A stretch of 64,000 bases of DNA from Nitrospirota bacterium (lineage in GTDB: Bacteria > Nitrospirota > Thermodesulfovibrionia > Thermodesulfovibrionales > Dissulfurispiraceae): assembly GCA_963790025.1 (NCBI GenBank), contig CAWBMP010000004.1:1248001-1312000 (forward strand), in the 5' to 3' direction. Position 1 is the first letter of the stretch, and every line of letters begins with the position of its first letter. The notes under the pieces were generated by a model. That model worked only from the letters and a program-made list of their open reading frames with translations. It was not told the origin of the DNA and ran no database searches. A program made the position numbers and the translations under genes. Positions 28,346 through 39,645 of this stretch are shown here, piece by piece.

Positions 28346-30835
28346 ATGAGTAAGTTGTCTTCTTTAAGTCTGAAGACTAAAATCACCATGACTGTGCTGC
28401 TGTTGTTTTTGTGCAGCATCTGGCTGCTGACGTTCTTTATTTCAACGCTATTGCAACAGGAAATGACTGCCCAGATAGAAGCACAGCAATTCTCAACAGC
28501 ATCGTATATTGCAGATAGCATCGAGAAACAGGTCAAACTGCGTTTCAGTTTGCTGACTGCTGTTGCATCCTTAATCACCCCGGAACTCATAGCAAACCCT
28601 GTCAAATTAAGAGAGTTTCTTCATGGCAGGACTTCGTTATTGACCGTGTTCCAGCTGGGGCTGACGGTGCTTTCAAAGGAAGGCAAGGTGATTGCAGACT
28701 ACCCCGTGGTACCAGGACGGACAGGCGGATCTTTGTCAGACCGTGAATATTTCAGGGATGTGGTCGCCAGTGGAAAGCCGGCGGTTGGCAAGCCGGCGTT
28801 GGGTCGATTTTCAAGAAAGCCTATTATCGGTTTTGCTGTTCCCGTTCTGGCTCGGTCAGGACAGCTCACGGGCGTACTGGCAGGATATACGCTGTTGTCC
28901 GACCCGACACTTTTGGGGACAATCGAGAGCTCTGCCTATAAGGATTTCCCTGACAGGTTTTTGGTAGGGTCCCGAAAATATCACATGTATATCACTGGAA
29001 GCGATCCAACAAGGATCTTGGAACCAAGACCGGCATACGGCGTTAACCCCTTGTTGGACCGGGTCGAGGCCGGCTTTGAGGGCTCAGGAATAACCGTCAA
29101 TTCAAGGGGAGTTAGAATACTCATATCTGCCAAACATATCCCTACGCCCGGCTGGTTTATTCGAGTCGGGCTGCCGACAGAGATGGCATTTGCACCGATT
29201 AGTTCAATGAAGCAGTGGGCATATTCTATCGCCCTTGGAATGTCACTCATCAGCTCTTTTTTAGTATGGCTCATTATCAAGCAGGCGCTACACCCTCTAT
29301 ACACTGCAAGCAGATTAATTCAGGATATTACTGAGGAACGGTTGCCCTTACAGAATATCCCCGTAACTCGGCATGATGAGATTGGCCAACTGCTTACCAG
29401 TTACAACTTGCACCTTAGTTACCGCAAAAAGGTGGAGGAAGAGATGCGTCTTCATTTTGAGCTAATGAAAAACATGTCGGAAGGCGTTTCCGTTGTTCGT
29501 TTCAGCGATGGCTTGATTGTCTATGCAAATCCGAAGTTTGAAAAAATGTTTGGCTATGAAACAGGCGAAATGATCGGAAAACACGTATCGATAGTCAATG
29601 CACCTACCGACAAGACACCTGATGAGACTGCAAGAGAAATAACAGAAATTATGGAGAGCACCGGCGAATGGCATGGTGAAGTCAATAATATAAAAAAGGA
29701 CGGCACTTTTTTTTGGTGCTATGCAGCTTGTTCCATGTTTGATCATTCCGAATACGGCAGAGTTGTTGTCTCAATGCATACCGATATCACCGAGCGCAAG
29801 AAAGCCCAGGAGAACCTTCATGAACTTGCTCAGCGTCTTCAATTAGCCACCAAATCGGCTAAGCTTGGAGTTTGGGATTGGGACATTACAAAAAATCAGA
29901 TGGTTTGGGATGATCGTATGCTTGAACTCTATGGACACACGCGTGAAACTTTCACAGAGGGAATCCATGCTTGGGAAAGCGGCCTGCATCCCGAAGACCG
30001 CGATAAGACGGTAGAGGAGTATCAGGCCGCCCTGCGAGGCGAAAAAGAATGGGACGCCGAGTTTCGGATATTGAACCCTGATGGGACAGTTAAACACATC
30101 AAGGCTGATGGGTTGGTGATACGGAACTCGGAAGGCGAGACTGTACGCATGCTGGGCATCAATTGTGACATTACTGAACGAAAAAAGGCCGAGGAACAGT
30201 TACGAAATCTTTATCTGAATCTCCAGGCCATGAGAGAGGAAGAACGGGCCAAAATAGCCCGCGAAATACACGATGAACTAGGACAGATTATGACCGCAAT
30301 AAAAATGGATGTGGCGTGGATGAAAAGAACATATTCTGATCACAAAGGGATTTTTGAAAAGACATCAGCATTATTAGGGCTCATCGATGCGACAATAAAA
30401 TCAATCCGGAAGATATGTACGGAACTTAGGCCGGATATATTGGATCATCTGGGGCTTATGGCAGCAATTCAGTGGCAAGCCCAGGAATTCCAAAACAGGA
30501 CAGGAATCCAATGTCAAGTTGACGTACAAGACGGTATAAAGGTGGACAGCGGTCGTTCTACAGCTTTATTCAGGATATTTCAGGAAGCACTTACAAATGT
30601 CCTTCGCCATTCAAATGCTACAAAGGTGATAGCAAGTCTGAAGGACGGAAATGGCAATGTAATACTTGAGGTCAGCGATAACGGAAGAGGAATTACCGAA
30701 GAGGAGATGTTAAAACCTGATCATTTTGGTCTTTTGGGTATTCGTGAACGCGTATATCCGTGGAGAGGAATCGTCAGTATCAGCGGCAGAGCAAATGAAG
30801 GCACTAAAATCGAAGTAATTCTTCCCGTGAAATAA
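28346..30835 (+). CDS. Cache-HAMP-PAS-PAS sensor histidine kinase (HisKA_3/UhpB type)
   Basis: Two TMs, SDREYF Cache motif, DEIGQL HAMP, two DITERK PAS ends, ERAKIAREIHDELGQ, IFQEALTNV, DNGRG. Confidence 0.92.
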   Translation: MSKLSSLSLKTKITMTVLLLFLCSIWLLTFFISTLLQQEMTAQIEAQQFSTASYIADSIEKQVKLRFSLLTAVASLITPELIANPVKLREFLHGRTSLLTVFQLGLTVLSKEGKVIADYPVVPGRTGGSLSDREYFRDVVASGKPAVGKPALGRFSRKPIIGFAVPVLARSGQLTGVLAGYTLLSDPTLLGTIESSAYKDFPDRFLVGSRKYHMYITGSDPTRILEPRPAYGVNPLLDRVEAGFEGSGITVNSRGVRILISAKHIPTPGWFIRVGLPTEMAFAPISSMKQWAYSIALGMSLISSFLVWLIIKQALHPLYTASRLIQDITEERLPLQNIPVTRHDEIGQLLTSYNLHLSYRKKVEEEMRLHFELMKNMSEGVSVVRFSDGLIVYANPKFEKMFGYETGEMIGKHVSIVNAPTDKTPDETAREITEIMESTGEWHGEVNNIKKDGTFFWCYAACSMFDHSEYGRVVVSMHTDITERKKAQENLHELAQRLQLATKSAKLGVWDWDITKNQMVWDDRMLELYGHTRETFTEGIHAWESGLHPEDRDKTVEEYQAALRGEKEWDAEFRILNPDGTVKHIKADGLVIRNSEGETVRMLGINCDITERKKAEEQLRNLYLNLQAMREEERAKIAREIHDELGQIMTAIKMDVAWMKRTYSDHKGIFEKTSALLGLIDATIKSIRKICTELRPDILDHLGLMAAIQWQAQEFQNRTGIQCQVDVQDGIKVDSGRSTALFRIFQEALTNVLRHSNATKVIASLKDGNGNVILEVSDNGRGITEEEMLKPDHFGLLGIRERVYPWRGIVSISGRANEGTKIEVILPVK

Positions 30836-31009
30836 GGCGAGTATATAACAGTAAAACACCTTTGACCTCAATTCCGATATATATTCCTGAAATGATTGAC
30901 GTCTTCCAGCTAATTTCTTTAAGATCATGCTCCAAGATGGGACTTTGTATTTGTCCGCTGTCCGGAAAAAGATTAATGTGGCAGCATTCTCTCTGAACAT
31001 GAAAACAAA

Positions 31010-32035
31010 TTATTTTTCTAAGGGACACTTTTCCGTTTCAAGCAGGACTCTTCTGTCGAAATCGAGCCGGCTGGTATGGGACAAAAAATTGTCCTTGAAA
31101 AGTTCCTCTATGCATACAGGGTTTTTGCATTGCCTTACAAAGCAGAATATACCGTTCAGCTGCGGGTGCCGCACAGGAAGGACTGTGCTGGACCTGTCTA
31201 AAATGCTTTCAGGAGCAGTAGGGCCAAAAATGCCAATGGCCCTGATTCCAAGAGCATCGGCAAGATGCAGTGGGCCTGCGTCGACACCTATGAACAGGTC
31301 GGAGGCCTCTAGGAGCTTGAGAAACTCCTCTGATTTTTTCAGGCTTTTACCGAAAAAGAACAGGTCTGTTTTCCACCCGAGGTTTCTCGACTCTTCCTTT
31401 TTCAACGCAATTGTTATGTTTGCCTTTGGGAAACGAAGCGTGATTTGGCTGATGAGGGCTTCCACCTCGCCGGCTCCCAGACTTTTAGTAATATCGGTTG
31501 AGAAAGGAGAGATGAGTATAGAACTGATATCCGATAGTTCAGGCACTCTGGCAGTAGTCGCCGGGGTTTCCATTAAAAGATAGTCCCTGATCAACTTATA
31601 GAGATTGTACCCTCTGGAAACATTGGAAAATGTCCCGAACGTTGAAAACTTGGAGGCAAAAGTTATAAAGAATTTTGAATCATCTCCGTGGCTCCAGGGA
31701 TTCAGACCCAAATCGATCTTCCTCCTGCCCAGAGTCCGCATGATCATCAAGAACTTGATAAGGTTCTTTCTCTTGTTCACTGAGTACAGTTCCAGCTTCC
31801 CGTTGATGATTTTTACTGCATATGGGACCATCTGCGGCGAGGTCACCAGAATAAAGTTCTTTCCGGGATAAAGAGACATGAACTCGTCTATGGCCTTAAA
31901 TGCCATAATGCTGTCTCCATAACGGGCGAAAACCGAGAAAAGTATAGTTGATGCATGCAAAATGTCTACGTGTGTCAGTTCAGCATTTCGGGTGATATGG
32001 CGCCTCAATCTGCGTTTTATTACCAGCTTCCACAT
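31010..32035 (-). CDS. Glycosyltransferase family 9 (heptosyltransferase-like)
   Basis: RYGD near N-terminus; FIGVDAGPLHLA..IFGPT. Confidence 0.85.
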   Translation of the reverse strand: MWKLVIKRRLRRHITRNAELTHVDILHASTILFSVFARYGDSIMAFKAIDEFMSLYPGKNFILVTSPQMVPYAVKIINGKLELYSVNKRKNLIKFLMIMRTLGRRKIDLGLNPWSHGDDSKFFITFASKFSTFGTFSNVSRGYNLYKLIRDYLLMETPATTARVPELSDISSILISPFSTDITKSLGAGEVEALISQITLRFPKANITIALKKEESRNLGWKTDLFFFGKSLKKSEEFLKLLEASDLFIGVDAGPLHLADALGIRAIGIFGPTAPESILDRSSTVLPVRHPQLNGIFCFVRQCKNPVCIEELFKDNFLSHTSRLDFDRRVLLETEKCPLEK

Positions 32036-32048
32036 AGGCTCTCCATTT

Positions 32049-32615
32049 TCAGCGCGTGCTTATTATCCGTGCCGGGACACCTGCCAGAACAGAATACGGC
32101 CCACATGATTTGGTAACTACACTCCCGGCGCCTACTACAGAACCTTTTCCTATAATGACCCCCGCTAGAATTACCGCGCTGGCGCCTATCCAGACATCGT
32201 CTTCGATTGTGACTTTCCCGTATATCCATTCCTGTTTTTTGATTAACTGTTCTCTGTCCTTAAAGGAGTGCTGGTAAGAAATAATGTGTACATTCGGTCC
32301 AATCAAGACATTTTCACCTATCTCGACCTCGCCAGTGCCGGTAATAACACTAAAATTATTAATTTCGGTGCCTCCGCCTATCTTTACCCCGCCACGCGAA
32401 CCGTTTATGTATGCATAACGGTTTAATGTGACGTTGTCGCCAATGATCACCATACCGGTGGAACTGGCGTCAATTGAACTATTCGACAGCACTTTCACGC
32501 CTCTTCCCATTCTTATGTTGACAGGTTTCTTAATGTAACAGCTGAGTGAAACCTTGCTGTTGCTTTTTAATTTGCTTTTAATAACAAATAATATTTTATC
32601 GAGCAGTCTGAACAT
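32049..32615 (-). CDS. Hexapeptide-repeat O-acetyltransferase
   Basis: IEDDVWIGA, IGKGSVVGAGSVVTK, GVPAR. Confidence 0.9.
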   Translation of the reverse strand: MFRLLDKILFVIKSKLKSNSKVSLSCYIKKPVNIRMGRGVKVLSNSSIDASSTGMVIIGDNVTLNRYAYINGSRGGVKIGGGTEINNFSVITGTGEVEIGENVLIGPNVHIISYQHSFKDREQLIKKQEWIYGKVTIEDDVWIGASAVILAGVIIGKGSVVGAGSVVTKSCGPYSVLAGVPARIISTR

Positions 32616-33973
32616 TATATTGCGCGTTCTTTATTTTCTGCCGGAGAGGCTTCATATGCTTCTTTCTCTTTGAGCATCAAGACATAAAGAAGGCCGGCAA
32701 AAAACATAAACATTTCCAGCATATGATCTCTTATTATGCTGTCAACTACACTCCTCAGGGTAAAGTCGGCAGTAATAAAGCAAAGCAGGAGAGCATAATA
32801 GCTTTTATTGTTCCGGAATTTTCTTATAGAGATAAACATCAGATTCATTATAAACAACGTCCACAACAGAAGGCCTGGAAAGCCCGTCCCGATTGCAAAA
32901 TCCACAATTCCGCTATGGCTATGCGTAACGCGGGTCGCGTCGTCACCGTATTTTTCCTTTAATGCATGTCCAAAGGCACTGCGTCCGAACCCTACTCCCA
33001 GCGGATTTTCCCGAACCAGTATAACTCCCTCTTTGAACCAGGCAATTCGTTCATAGTTCGAACCGTGGACGGCCTCACCGCTTTTCAGTTTGGGATAAGG
33101 ATATTTGTCATGATTGAGCCAACCCTTGTTATTTCGGGTATCGAGTGCAAGGGGCAGGGTTTCAAGGAAGGTCTTCCACCGCTGATCGGACTCGAAACTT
33201 ACATAGCTAAAGAAAAGCAGCAGCACAACAACAAAAGACAACAGGGCAGATTTTTTAATGCCGGAACAGCTTTTTGAAAAATATAATATTGTAAAAGCAA
33301 ACAGGAGGAGGACGGCTATAACAGTGCCGTTCCTTACCGCTTCGAGATAAATGCTGAAAAGCGTGAGCAGTAAAGACAAAAAAAGGATGCTGTTACTGAC
33401 TTTGAGGTGTTCTTTCCCATGCCGGGCCCTGAAATAGATTTCGACGCAAAGTATCGTAAGCAGGAAATGTGAAAGATAGCTGCTCTTATCCATTCCAGGA
33501 GTCAGCCCCGCCACCCTCGAAGGTAAGACAGCGATCTTCGCATAGGTATAAATTGAGTACAGATCGACATACAGGATATGGAACAAAAGTATGAAAAAGA
33601 GCAGCGTCATAATATTCCGGCCCTTAAAAAATGTTTCTTCTTTCTTGGCCCCTGTTGCCCCTGTTGAAATTCCGGCAAGGGCAGCAGTAATAAAAACCAC
33701 GAGCGATACGAGCCACTGGCCCTCTATTTCCTTGAGAGACCATGCAGTTTCTTTTGAAATAAAGATCGCCTCTATAATGATCCATGCGGTAAGGATAGCA
33801 AGTATAACGAAAGGGGCAGTAAATTCCTTTGTCTTGAGGGAAAAAGGAGTCCTGTAGGCCGTGTGTCCGAATATAAAAAACAGTAAAAAAATGGAGATGT
33901 CTCTGACGGAAATCGCGCCAATCGGCCAGATAAAGAACAAAAGTCCCATAATCAGGAACCCGCAGACTTTCAT
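32615..33973 (-). CDS. waaL: O-antigen ligase family membrane protein
   Basis: About 12 TMs, RNG, SNYER..W, PLGVGFG, HSHSG. Confidence 0.8.
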   Translation of the reverse strand: MKVCGFLIMGLLFFIWPIGAISVRDISIFLLFFIFGHTAYRTPFSLKTKEFTAPFVILAILTAWIIIEAIFISKETAWSLKEIEGQWLVSLVVFITAALAGISTGATGAKKEETFFKGRNIMTLLFFILLFHILYVDLYSIYTYAKIAVLPSRVAGLTPGMDKSSYLSHFLLTILCVEIYFRARHGKEHLKVSNSILFLSLLLTLFSIYLEAVRNGTVIAVLLLFAFTILYFSKSCSGIKKSALLSFVVVLLLFFSYVSFESDQRWKTFLETLPLALDTRNNKGWLNHDKYPYPKLKSGEAVHGSNYERIAWFKEGVILVRENPLGVGFGRSAFGHALKEKYGDDATRVTHSHSGIVDFAIGTGFPGLLLWTLFIMNLMFISIRKFRNNKSYYALLLCFITADFTLRSVVDSIIRDHMLEMFMFFAGLLYVLMLKEKEAYEASPAENKERAI

Positions 33974-35742
33974 TACACTTCCGCACTCATGAACTGCATG
34001 CTGTAAAGCTCCTGGTAAAGCCCGCCCTGTGCCAGCAGTTCTTCGTGAGTGCCTTCCTGTATGATCGTGCCGCCGCTTAAGACAGCAATCCTGGTCGCCT
34101 TCTGTACTGTCGAGAGCCGGTGAGCAATAACGATCGTTGTCCTGCCGGACATCAACTTTTCGAGGGCCTTTTGAACCTGATGTTCTGATTCGGTGTCAAG
34201 AGACGAGGTGGCCTCATCTAGTATCAGGATTGCGGGATTTCTTATTATCGCCCGGGCAATGGTAATCCTCTGTTTCTGTCCTCCCGATAACCTCACTCCC
34301 CGCTCACCGATCATCGTCTCGTAGGTATCAGGCAATTCCATAATAAATTCGTGGGCAAAGGCCGCCTTCGCGGCCTCAACCACTTCTTCTTCTGTCGCAT
34401 CCGGCCGGCCGAAGAGTATATTTGCCTTTACCGTATCGTCGAACAGGACAATGTCCTGCGTCACTGAGCCGATGTGCTTCCTGAGTGATTGGAGGGATAG
34501 GGTCCGTATATCCTTGCCATCGATATAAATGGTCCCGCCTGTCGGGTACCAGAACCCGGCAACAAGGTCGACGAGGGTGCTCTTTCCGGCGCCGCTGTAT
34601 CCCACGAGGGCGACAATCTCGCCGCGCCTGACCGACAGATTGACACCGTGCAGCGCATCGTATCCGGAGACAGGATATCTGAAGGAGACATTATCGAAAA
34701 CAACGTCTCCCTTTACCGTTATATCATCACCGCCCTGCTTTTCAGGCTCTACCGAAATGATCTCCCTGACCCTCTCAATTGCAGTGCGGCCCTGCTGAAA
34801 ATTATTATGAACGCGGCTCAGGCGCTTCAGAGGCGTAAACATCAGCCCTACGGCGGCAAGAAACGAAACGAAGTCGCCCGGAGTAATTTTATCCGAAAGG
34901 ACCAGGTTGAAACCGTAAAACATAATAACAGCAATCCCGACCCCGCCTAACGACTCGGCAATGATGTAAGATGCCTCACTAATTCGTGTCTCCCTCATAC
35001 AGTTTCGATAAAAATCACCGAGTGCATGCTCGTTCATGGCCTTCAACTCCCGCTCCATGGTGAAGGCCTTGATTATTTTTATGCCTTGAAGGGTTTCGCT
35101 AAGAATAGTCGTCATTCTGGCGTAGATCAAGCGCGTCGTCATGCTCGCTTTTCGCATCCTCGAACCGAGTGCACCTATGCTGTAAACGATCAGCGGGACC
35201 ACGACAAAAGAGAGGAGGGCGAGGTCCCATTTCCGTGAAATTGCTACGCCTGCAAGTACCACAACGGTGCAGATCTCGACAATGAAGTCTTTTATAGTAC
35301 TCATAGCACCCTGGAGCAGGCCTATATCATTGAGAAGCTTGGAAACTATAACGCCGCTCGAGGTCCGGGTATGATAGCCGATGGACAAGGAAAGCAGCTT
35401 GTCATAAACTTCCTTCCTGAGGGTCCGCACGATCTTTGCGCCGATCGATGACATGAGATAGTTGTTGCAGAAAGTGACTACGCCTCTAACCGAGAAAAGG
35501 ACTATAACACCGATGGGCAGAATTAAAAGGTATTCAGCCTTTTTCATGATCAAAATGTCATCGACCGCGGATTTTGTGCTCCACGCAATTGCGCCGTTTA
35601 TGCCCGAAACGATGAGGCTGCATATTACTGCCGCAGCCAGCCTTGCGATATGAGGTCTGGACAATAGCCATAAAATGACGATATCGTCCTTCCCGCTGCC
35701 GGAGGGGTGGCTCCCGAAAATCTTCTCGATAGACATAGGCAT
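33973..35742 (-). CDS. msbA: MsbA-like ABC exporter
   Basis: Six-TM domain plus GYSGAGKST, LSGGQKQR, ILDEATS; located in the LPS cluster. Confidence 0.75.
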   Translation of the reverse strand: MPMSIEKIFGSHPSGSGKDDIVILWLLSRPHIARLAAAVICSLIVSGINGAIAWSTKSAVDDILIMKKAEYLLILPIGVIVLFSVRGVVTFCNNYLMSSIGAKIVRTLRKEVYDKLLSLSIGYHTRTSSGVIVSKLLNDIGLLQGAMSTIKDFIVEICTVVVLAGVAISRKWDLALLSFVVVPLIVYSIGALGSRMRKASMTTRLIYARMTTILSETLQGIKIIKAFTMERELKAMNEHALGDFYRNCMRETRISEASYIIAESLGGVGIAVIMFYGFNLVLSDKITPGDFVSFLAAVGLMFTPLKRLSRVHNNFQQGRTAIERVREIISVEPEKQGGDDITVKGDVVFDNVSFRYPVSGYDALHGVNLSVRRGEIVALVGYSGAGKSTLVDLVAGFWYPTGGTIYIDGKDIRTLSLQSLRKHIGSVTQDIVLFDDTVKANILFGRPDATEEEVVEAAKAAFAHEFIMELPDTYETMIGERGVRLSGGQKQRITIARAIIRNPAILILDEATSSLDTESEHQVQKALEKLMSGRTTIVIAHRLSTVQKATRIAVLSGGTIIQEGTHEELLAQGGLYQELYSMQFMSAEV

Positions 35743-35820
35743 AGATTAATTCAAATTCCTTTCATTAAGCGCAAAAGACAGTAATTATTATATACCACGT
35801 TGGACAGTCCGTGCCGCTTT

Positions 35821-36975
35821 TCAACTGCAAAGCCTGAAATAAAGCCTTTCCATCTTTGCCGCTGAAATCTTCCATTCGAAGTTGTCTACTATGAATTGGC
35901 GTGCATTACTCTTTATTGATTCATAACGTGAGCTGTGGTCTAATATGTCTCCTATCAATTGTATGCCGTCATCGGCACTTTCAGGTTTGTCAAGAAGAAA
36001 TCCTGTTGTGCCATGGGCGATCGACTCTTTAATCCCGCCGACATTTGAAGAAACCGTAATGCAGCCGCTTGCCATGGATTCCAGCATGACCATACCCTGC
36101 GGCTCTGAAAGAGAAGGCAACAGAGAGATATCGGTAATCTTGAAAATATTGGAGAGTTTCCGATGCGGCAAAGGAGGGACCTCCCTATATCGCTGCCCGA
36201 ACCGTGATGCCAACCCTGCCCTTAATTCCTTCCGGAAGACGTAACTCTTATCTCGTACCGCGTCTTCCGGTTCAGGTCCGGCAACGAGCACATAAAGATT
36301 CTCATATCTCGGCAGTAAAATGTTTGCAGTCTGCAAAAAAGTGTGGAAGCCTTTGACCTCCTGCAATCTTCCGACAAAGGATAAAACAACGCTGCCTGCA
36401 GGAATGCCCAATGTCTCTTTCAAGAGGTCTTTCTCACGTGTAGTCGCAGGCGCAAACAACGCACTGTCCACGCCGTTGCGGATGACCGCTATTTTGTCGG
36501 CCGGATAGTTTCTTTCGATCAATCTCTCTTTGACGTAGTCTGAAACGGCCGTGTAACAGTCTGCCACACCTCTTTTCGGATTAAAAGTTCTGTTAGTTAC
36601 GTGGGAGTGGACAACTATGGGCATTTTCAGACGCACGCTGCGCAGGAAATCATTAACGGGAAACTCCAATTGATGTGCATGGAGAATATCAGGAAAAATC
36701 CGTGCTGCTATCTTCGCAGTCCGCACATGCAAGGGATATGGGTCCAGCCTGGAGATTTTCCGGAAAAGCCTCCTGTACAGCCTCCCTTCCTTTATCCTGT
36801 ATATAGCGCCGGTTTCAGGGTTGATCTCGAATGTCTCTTTGTAGTCTTCCCCGTTGCATATGATGGTTGCGGAGGTAAAGTGCAAATGCTTCGCCAGATT
36901 AAATGCTACTATCGCTGGAGAAGCGCCCCGCCGGTCAGGGACTGCGAAGTGAGGGACATAAATTATTACGTGCAC
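35821..36975 (-). CDS. Glycosyltransferase family 4
   Basis: NGVD, VGRL..KG, EPQGMVMLESMASG. Confidence 0.88.
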   Translation of the reverse strand: MHVIIYVPHFAVPDRRGASPAIVAFNLAKHLHFTSATIICNGEDYKETFEINPETGAIYRIKEGRLYRRLFRKISRLDPYPLHVRTAKIAARIFPDILHAHQLEFPVNDFLRSVRLKMPIVVHSHVTNRTFNPKRGVADCYTAVSDYVKERLIERNYPADKIAVIRNGVDSALFAPATTREKDLLKETLGIPAGSVVLSFVGRLQEVKGFHTFLQTANILLPRYENLYVLVAGPEPEDAVRDKSYVFRKELRAGLASRFGQRYREVPPLPHRKLSNIFKITDISLLPSLSEPQGMVMLESMASGCITVSSNVGGIKESIAHGTTGFLLDKPESADDGIQLIGDILDHSSRYESIKSNARQFIVDNFEWKISAAKMERLYFRLCS

Positions 36976-37026
36976 AGCCTGTTGTCAACTCCTTTTGCCC
37001 CGCCCCATTCTGTAACAGAGGCGAAA

Positions 37027-38475
37027 CTATTTATCATATATTGAAGCAGGATATTCGCGAAAAAGCGAATAAGCAGCCCTCCTTATGATATTTTGGACAG
37101 GGGAATAAGACAGCAATCTCCTGGCAAAGCGGGATTTTACAATTAATTTTCTCATAATACTGAGGACTATATAGTGGACGCCTCCCCAACGATAGCAAGG
37201 CAATATTATATTCCCAAAGGAATCAGTTATTGAGCCTTTCTTAAACCTGGAGGGGATATTCTCCCAGGAGAAATCTTTATATTTTTGCCGGAACCAACGC
37301 TCCCAGTGGGTGCCGGGGAAAATGAACGTCTTAAGGCTGATTTGTATTTCCGGAGAGATATTTTTTGTGCGGGCCAGAAAAAGCAAAGAGTCTACAGCCC
37401 ACCCGAATTTTTCCTCCGGCATCCCGGCTATCATTGTTCCCCGGCTCTGAATCCCAAACTCCGGGGGCAAGGTCAGGGCCGCGTAATTGTTCCGGACCGT
37501 GGAATTTTTCCTGATTACCTTGAGCATCTCATCATTGCCCGATTCTATCCCGAAAGACAGGGTTGTGCACCCCGATTCCCGTAATATCGCAAGGTAATCC
37601 TTATCGATAATATTTGTTCTGGACCAGCAACCCCAGTTAATTTTTACCTTTCTTCCTATTATTTCCTCGCAGACGGAAATGGCGTGTTTTCTGTTTGCCG
37701 TAAAAGTATCATCGAAAAAAACAATGTTTTCAATAAATGGAAACTGCCGTATGATATCCTCGATTTCATCGACAATATTTCTTGCAGAACGAAATCTGAC
37801 CTTTCTCCAATATCGGGTAGTAGAACAAAACTTGCACGTATTTCCGCAGCCCCTGCTGGTTATCATAGTGGCCGTGTTTCCGGAAATTGTCCCGAATCCT
37901 ATGTCATAGTCTTTCATTGGGAACAAGTCACGGGCAGGGAATGATATAAGATCAAGGTCTTCAATCGCGTCGCGCAGCTTATTGACGATCACTCTGCCGG
38001 TTTTTTCCCGAAAGGCTATTCCCTTTACAGCGTCAGGGTCTCTTTCGCATGAAACGGCGTCCAAATAATCAACAACGGTTGTCTCTCCCTCACCGAGCAC
38101 AAGAACATCAACCGACGGATTTGTGCTCAAGTAACTTTCGGGAAGGAAGAAAGGGTGGGGGCCGCCTACCACTATCCTTGCATCTGGAAACCGCTTTTTC
38201 AGCTCTTCCGCCCAAAAAGCGAGGTTGATTCTATTGGTAGTAGTGCATGTCATTCCTATAATGCCGGGATTATAATCCGATAGTTCATTTATTAAGGACT
38301 GGTCGGCCTTCAGATAGTATTTCGACAGGCAATTCTTGCTTACGCTAAGATCGAATGCCTTCACCTCATTTCCTGCGTTTCGGATCGCCGACCCGATATA
38401 TGCCAGTCCGAGCGGTACTGTATATCCCTTTCCGGATATCCCGCTGTCAGGAATATTTATCAGTGCTGTTTTCAA
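37027..38475 (-). CDS. B12-binding domain radical SAM protein
   Basis: PLGLAYI, VVGGPHP, GEGE, SRGCGNTCKFC (CxxxCxxC), FFDDTF, GIESG. Confidence 0.92.
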   Translation of the reverse strand: MKTALINIPDSGISGKGYTVPLGLAYIGSAIRNAGNEVKAFDLSVSKNCLSKYYLKADQSLINELSDYNPGIIGMTCTTTNRINLAFWAEELKKRFPDARIVVGGPHPFFLPESYLSTNPSVDVLVLGEGETTVVDYLDAVSCERDPDAVKGIAFREKTGRVIVNKLRDAIEDLDLISFPARDLFPMKDYDIGFGTISGNTATMITSRGCGNTCKFCSTTRYWRKVRFRSARNIVDEIEDIIRQFPFIENIVFFDDTFTANRKHAISVCEEIIGRKVKINWGCWSRTNIIDKDYLAILRESGCTTLSFGIESGNDEMLKVIRKNSTVRNNYAALTLPPEFGIQSRGTMIAGMPEEKFGWAVDSLLFLARTKNISPEIQISLKTFIFPGTHWERWFRQKYKDFSWENIPSRFKKGSITDSFGNIILPCYRWGGVHYIVLSIMRKLIVKSRFARRLLSYSPVQNIIRRAAYSLFREYPASIYDK

Positions 38476-38503
38476 GATAAGTACCTTTTTCCAATAAAGA
38501 CAA

Positions 38504-39613
38504 TCAACTGCCTGATCGAGACATATTTCGATTTTGGGAATTGCCCTTCAGGATTAACTCATATTGCTCGATCAGGGCACGGGCTATATCGGCATATGAG
38601 TAGGTCGAGGTTATATGATTATAGCCATCTTCGGCAATTTTGTTTCGCTCAGCATCATTTCTTAAATAGTAAGAAAGTTTTTCTTCAAAATCATCGGGTC
38701 CGTTATAAACAATAACATGTTTCCCTGGGACTACTATCGTATCAATGTCCACAGAGTCATCCGTAAGAAGAGCTGCTTTGCAGGCAGGGACCTCTAAAAT
38801 CCTCATATTTACGCCGCTCCGCTTTTCAAACCCCCACTGCGTGATATTAAGCACTATTCTGCTTTCGTTATAGAGTTTTATAAGTTCCGCTCCTCTTAGC
38901 TGCTCGCCCTTTACAACCCGGCGCACGGCGCCGTTAGAGAGATTTTTCTTCATCCATTTAGGCCCGAAAACGGCCGCGTTGCCGGAAACCTTCACAGCCC
39001 TTTCGACAAACGCCTGGCGTGATGGAGTCCATTTTCCCACAAAACTCCAATCGTAGCGCTTGGCGCAGTCCAGCGGATAATAGAATTCGGTATCGACGGA
39101 ATGGCGCATTAAGCTTATATTGTTAAAACCCCTTTTTCTACCCTCTTCCACGCAGGATGGACTGAGAAAGAAATAGTGATCAAAGCGGCCGGCCTCTCTG
39201 AAGGGTTCTTCCATGCGCTCTTCTCCCTCCAGCCACCAGCCGAAGGCGACAGATTTTTTTCTGATCTCTTTCAAAACATCCTCTGTAAAACGCGGCACCC
39301 CAGCCATAAAAAAAAGATCAGGGGATATCTCGTTTACTTTCTCCATTAATTTGGAGCTGCGGTAATTAATGGCCGAAAGAGGGTGGTTGTCAAAAAAAGT
39401 CCGGCTCTTTGGCAGAACGCGCAAATTGTGGGCCTGTTTATTAATAAAATGTATCACATGACGATCGAACCAGTTATTAGTGTTCGAATTAAACCAATAA
39501 ACCTCCACACCTGAATTCTGAAATGCCCTTTTCAGGGAGTCTATAAAATGAAGGTTAAGGCTAAAATTATACCCGCAAGCCACTAAAATTCTTTTAAGCG
39601 CAACATCACTCAT
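38504..39613 (-). CDS. CgeB/DUF3880-like glycosyltransferase
   Basis: SFVG..R, LYNESRIVLN, NMRILE, IAEDGY. Confidence 0.8.
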   Translation of the reverse strand: MSDVALKRILVACGYNFSLNLHFIDSLKRAFQNSGVEVYWFNSNTNNWFDRHVIHFINKQAHNLRVLPKSRTFFDNHPLSAINYRSSKLMEKVNEISPDLFFMAGVPRFTEDVLKEIRKKSVAFGWWLEGEERMEEPFREAGRFDHYFFLSPSCVEEGRKRGFNNISLMRHSVDTEFYYPLDCAKRYDWSFVGKWTPSRQAFVERAVKVSGNAAVFGPKWMKKNLSNGAVRRVVKGEQLRGAELIKLYNESRIVLNITQWGFEKRSGVNMRILEVPACKAALLTDDSVDIDTIVVPGKHVIVYNGPDDFEEKLSYYLRNDAERNKIAEDGYNHITSTYSYADIARALIEQYELILKGNSQNRNMSRSGS

Positions 39614-39645
39614 ATTATTATTTTGACTTCAATCCCCCATACCTG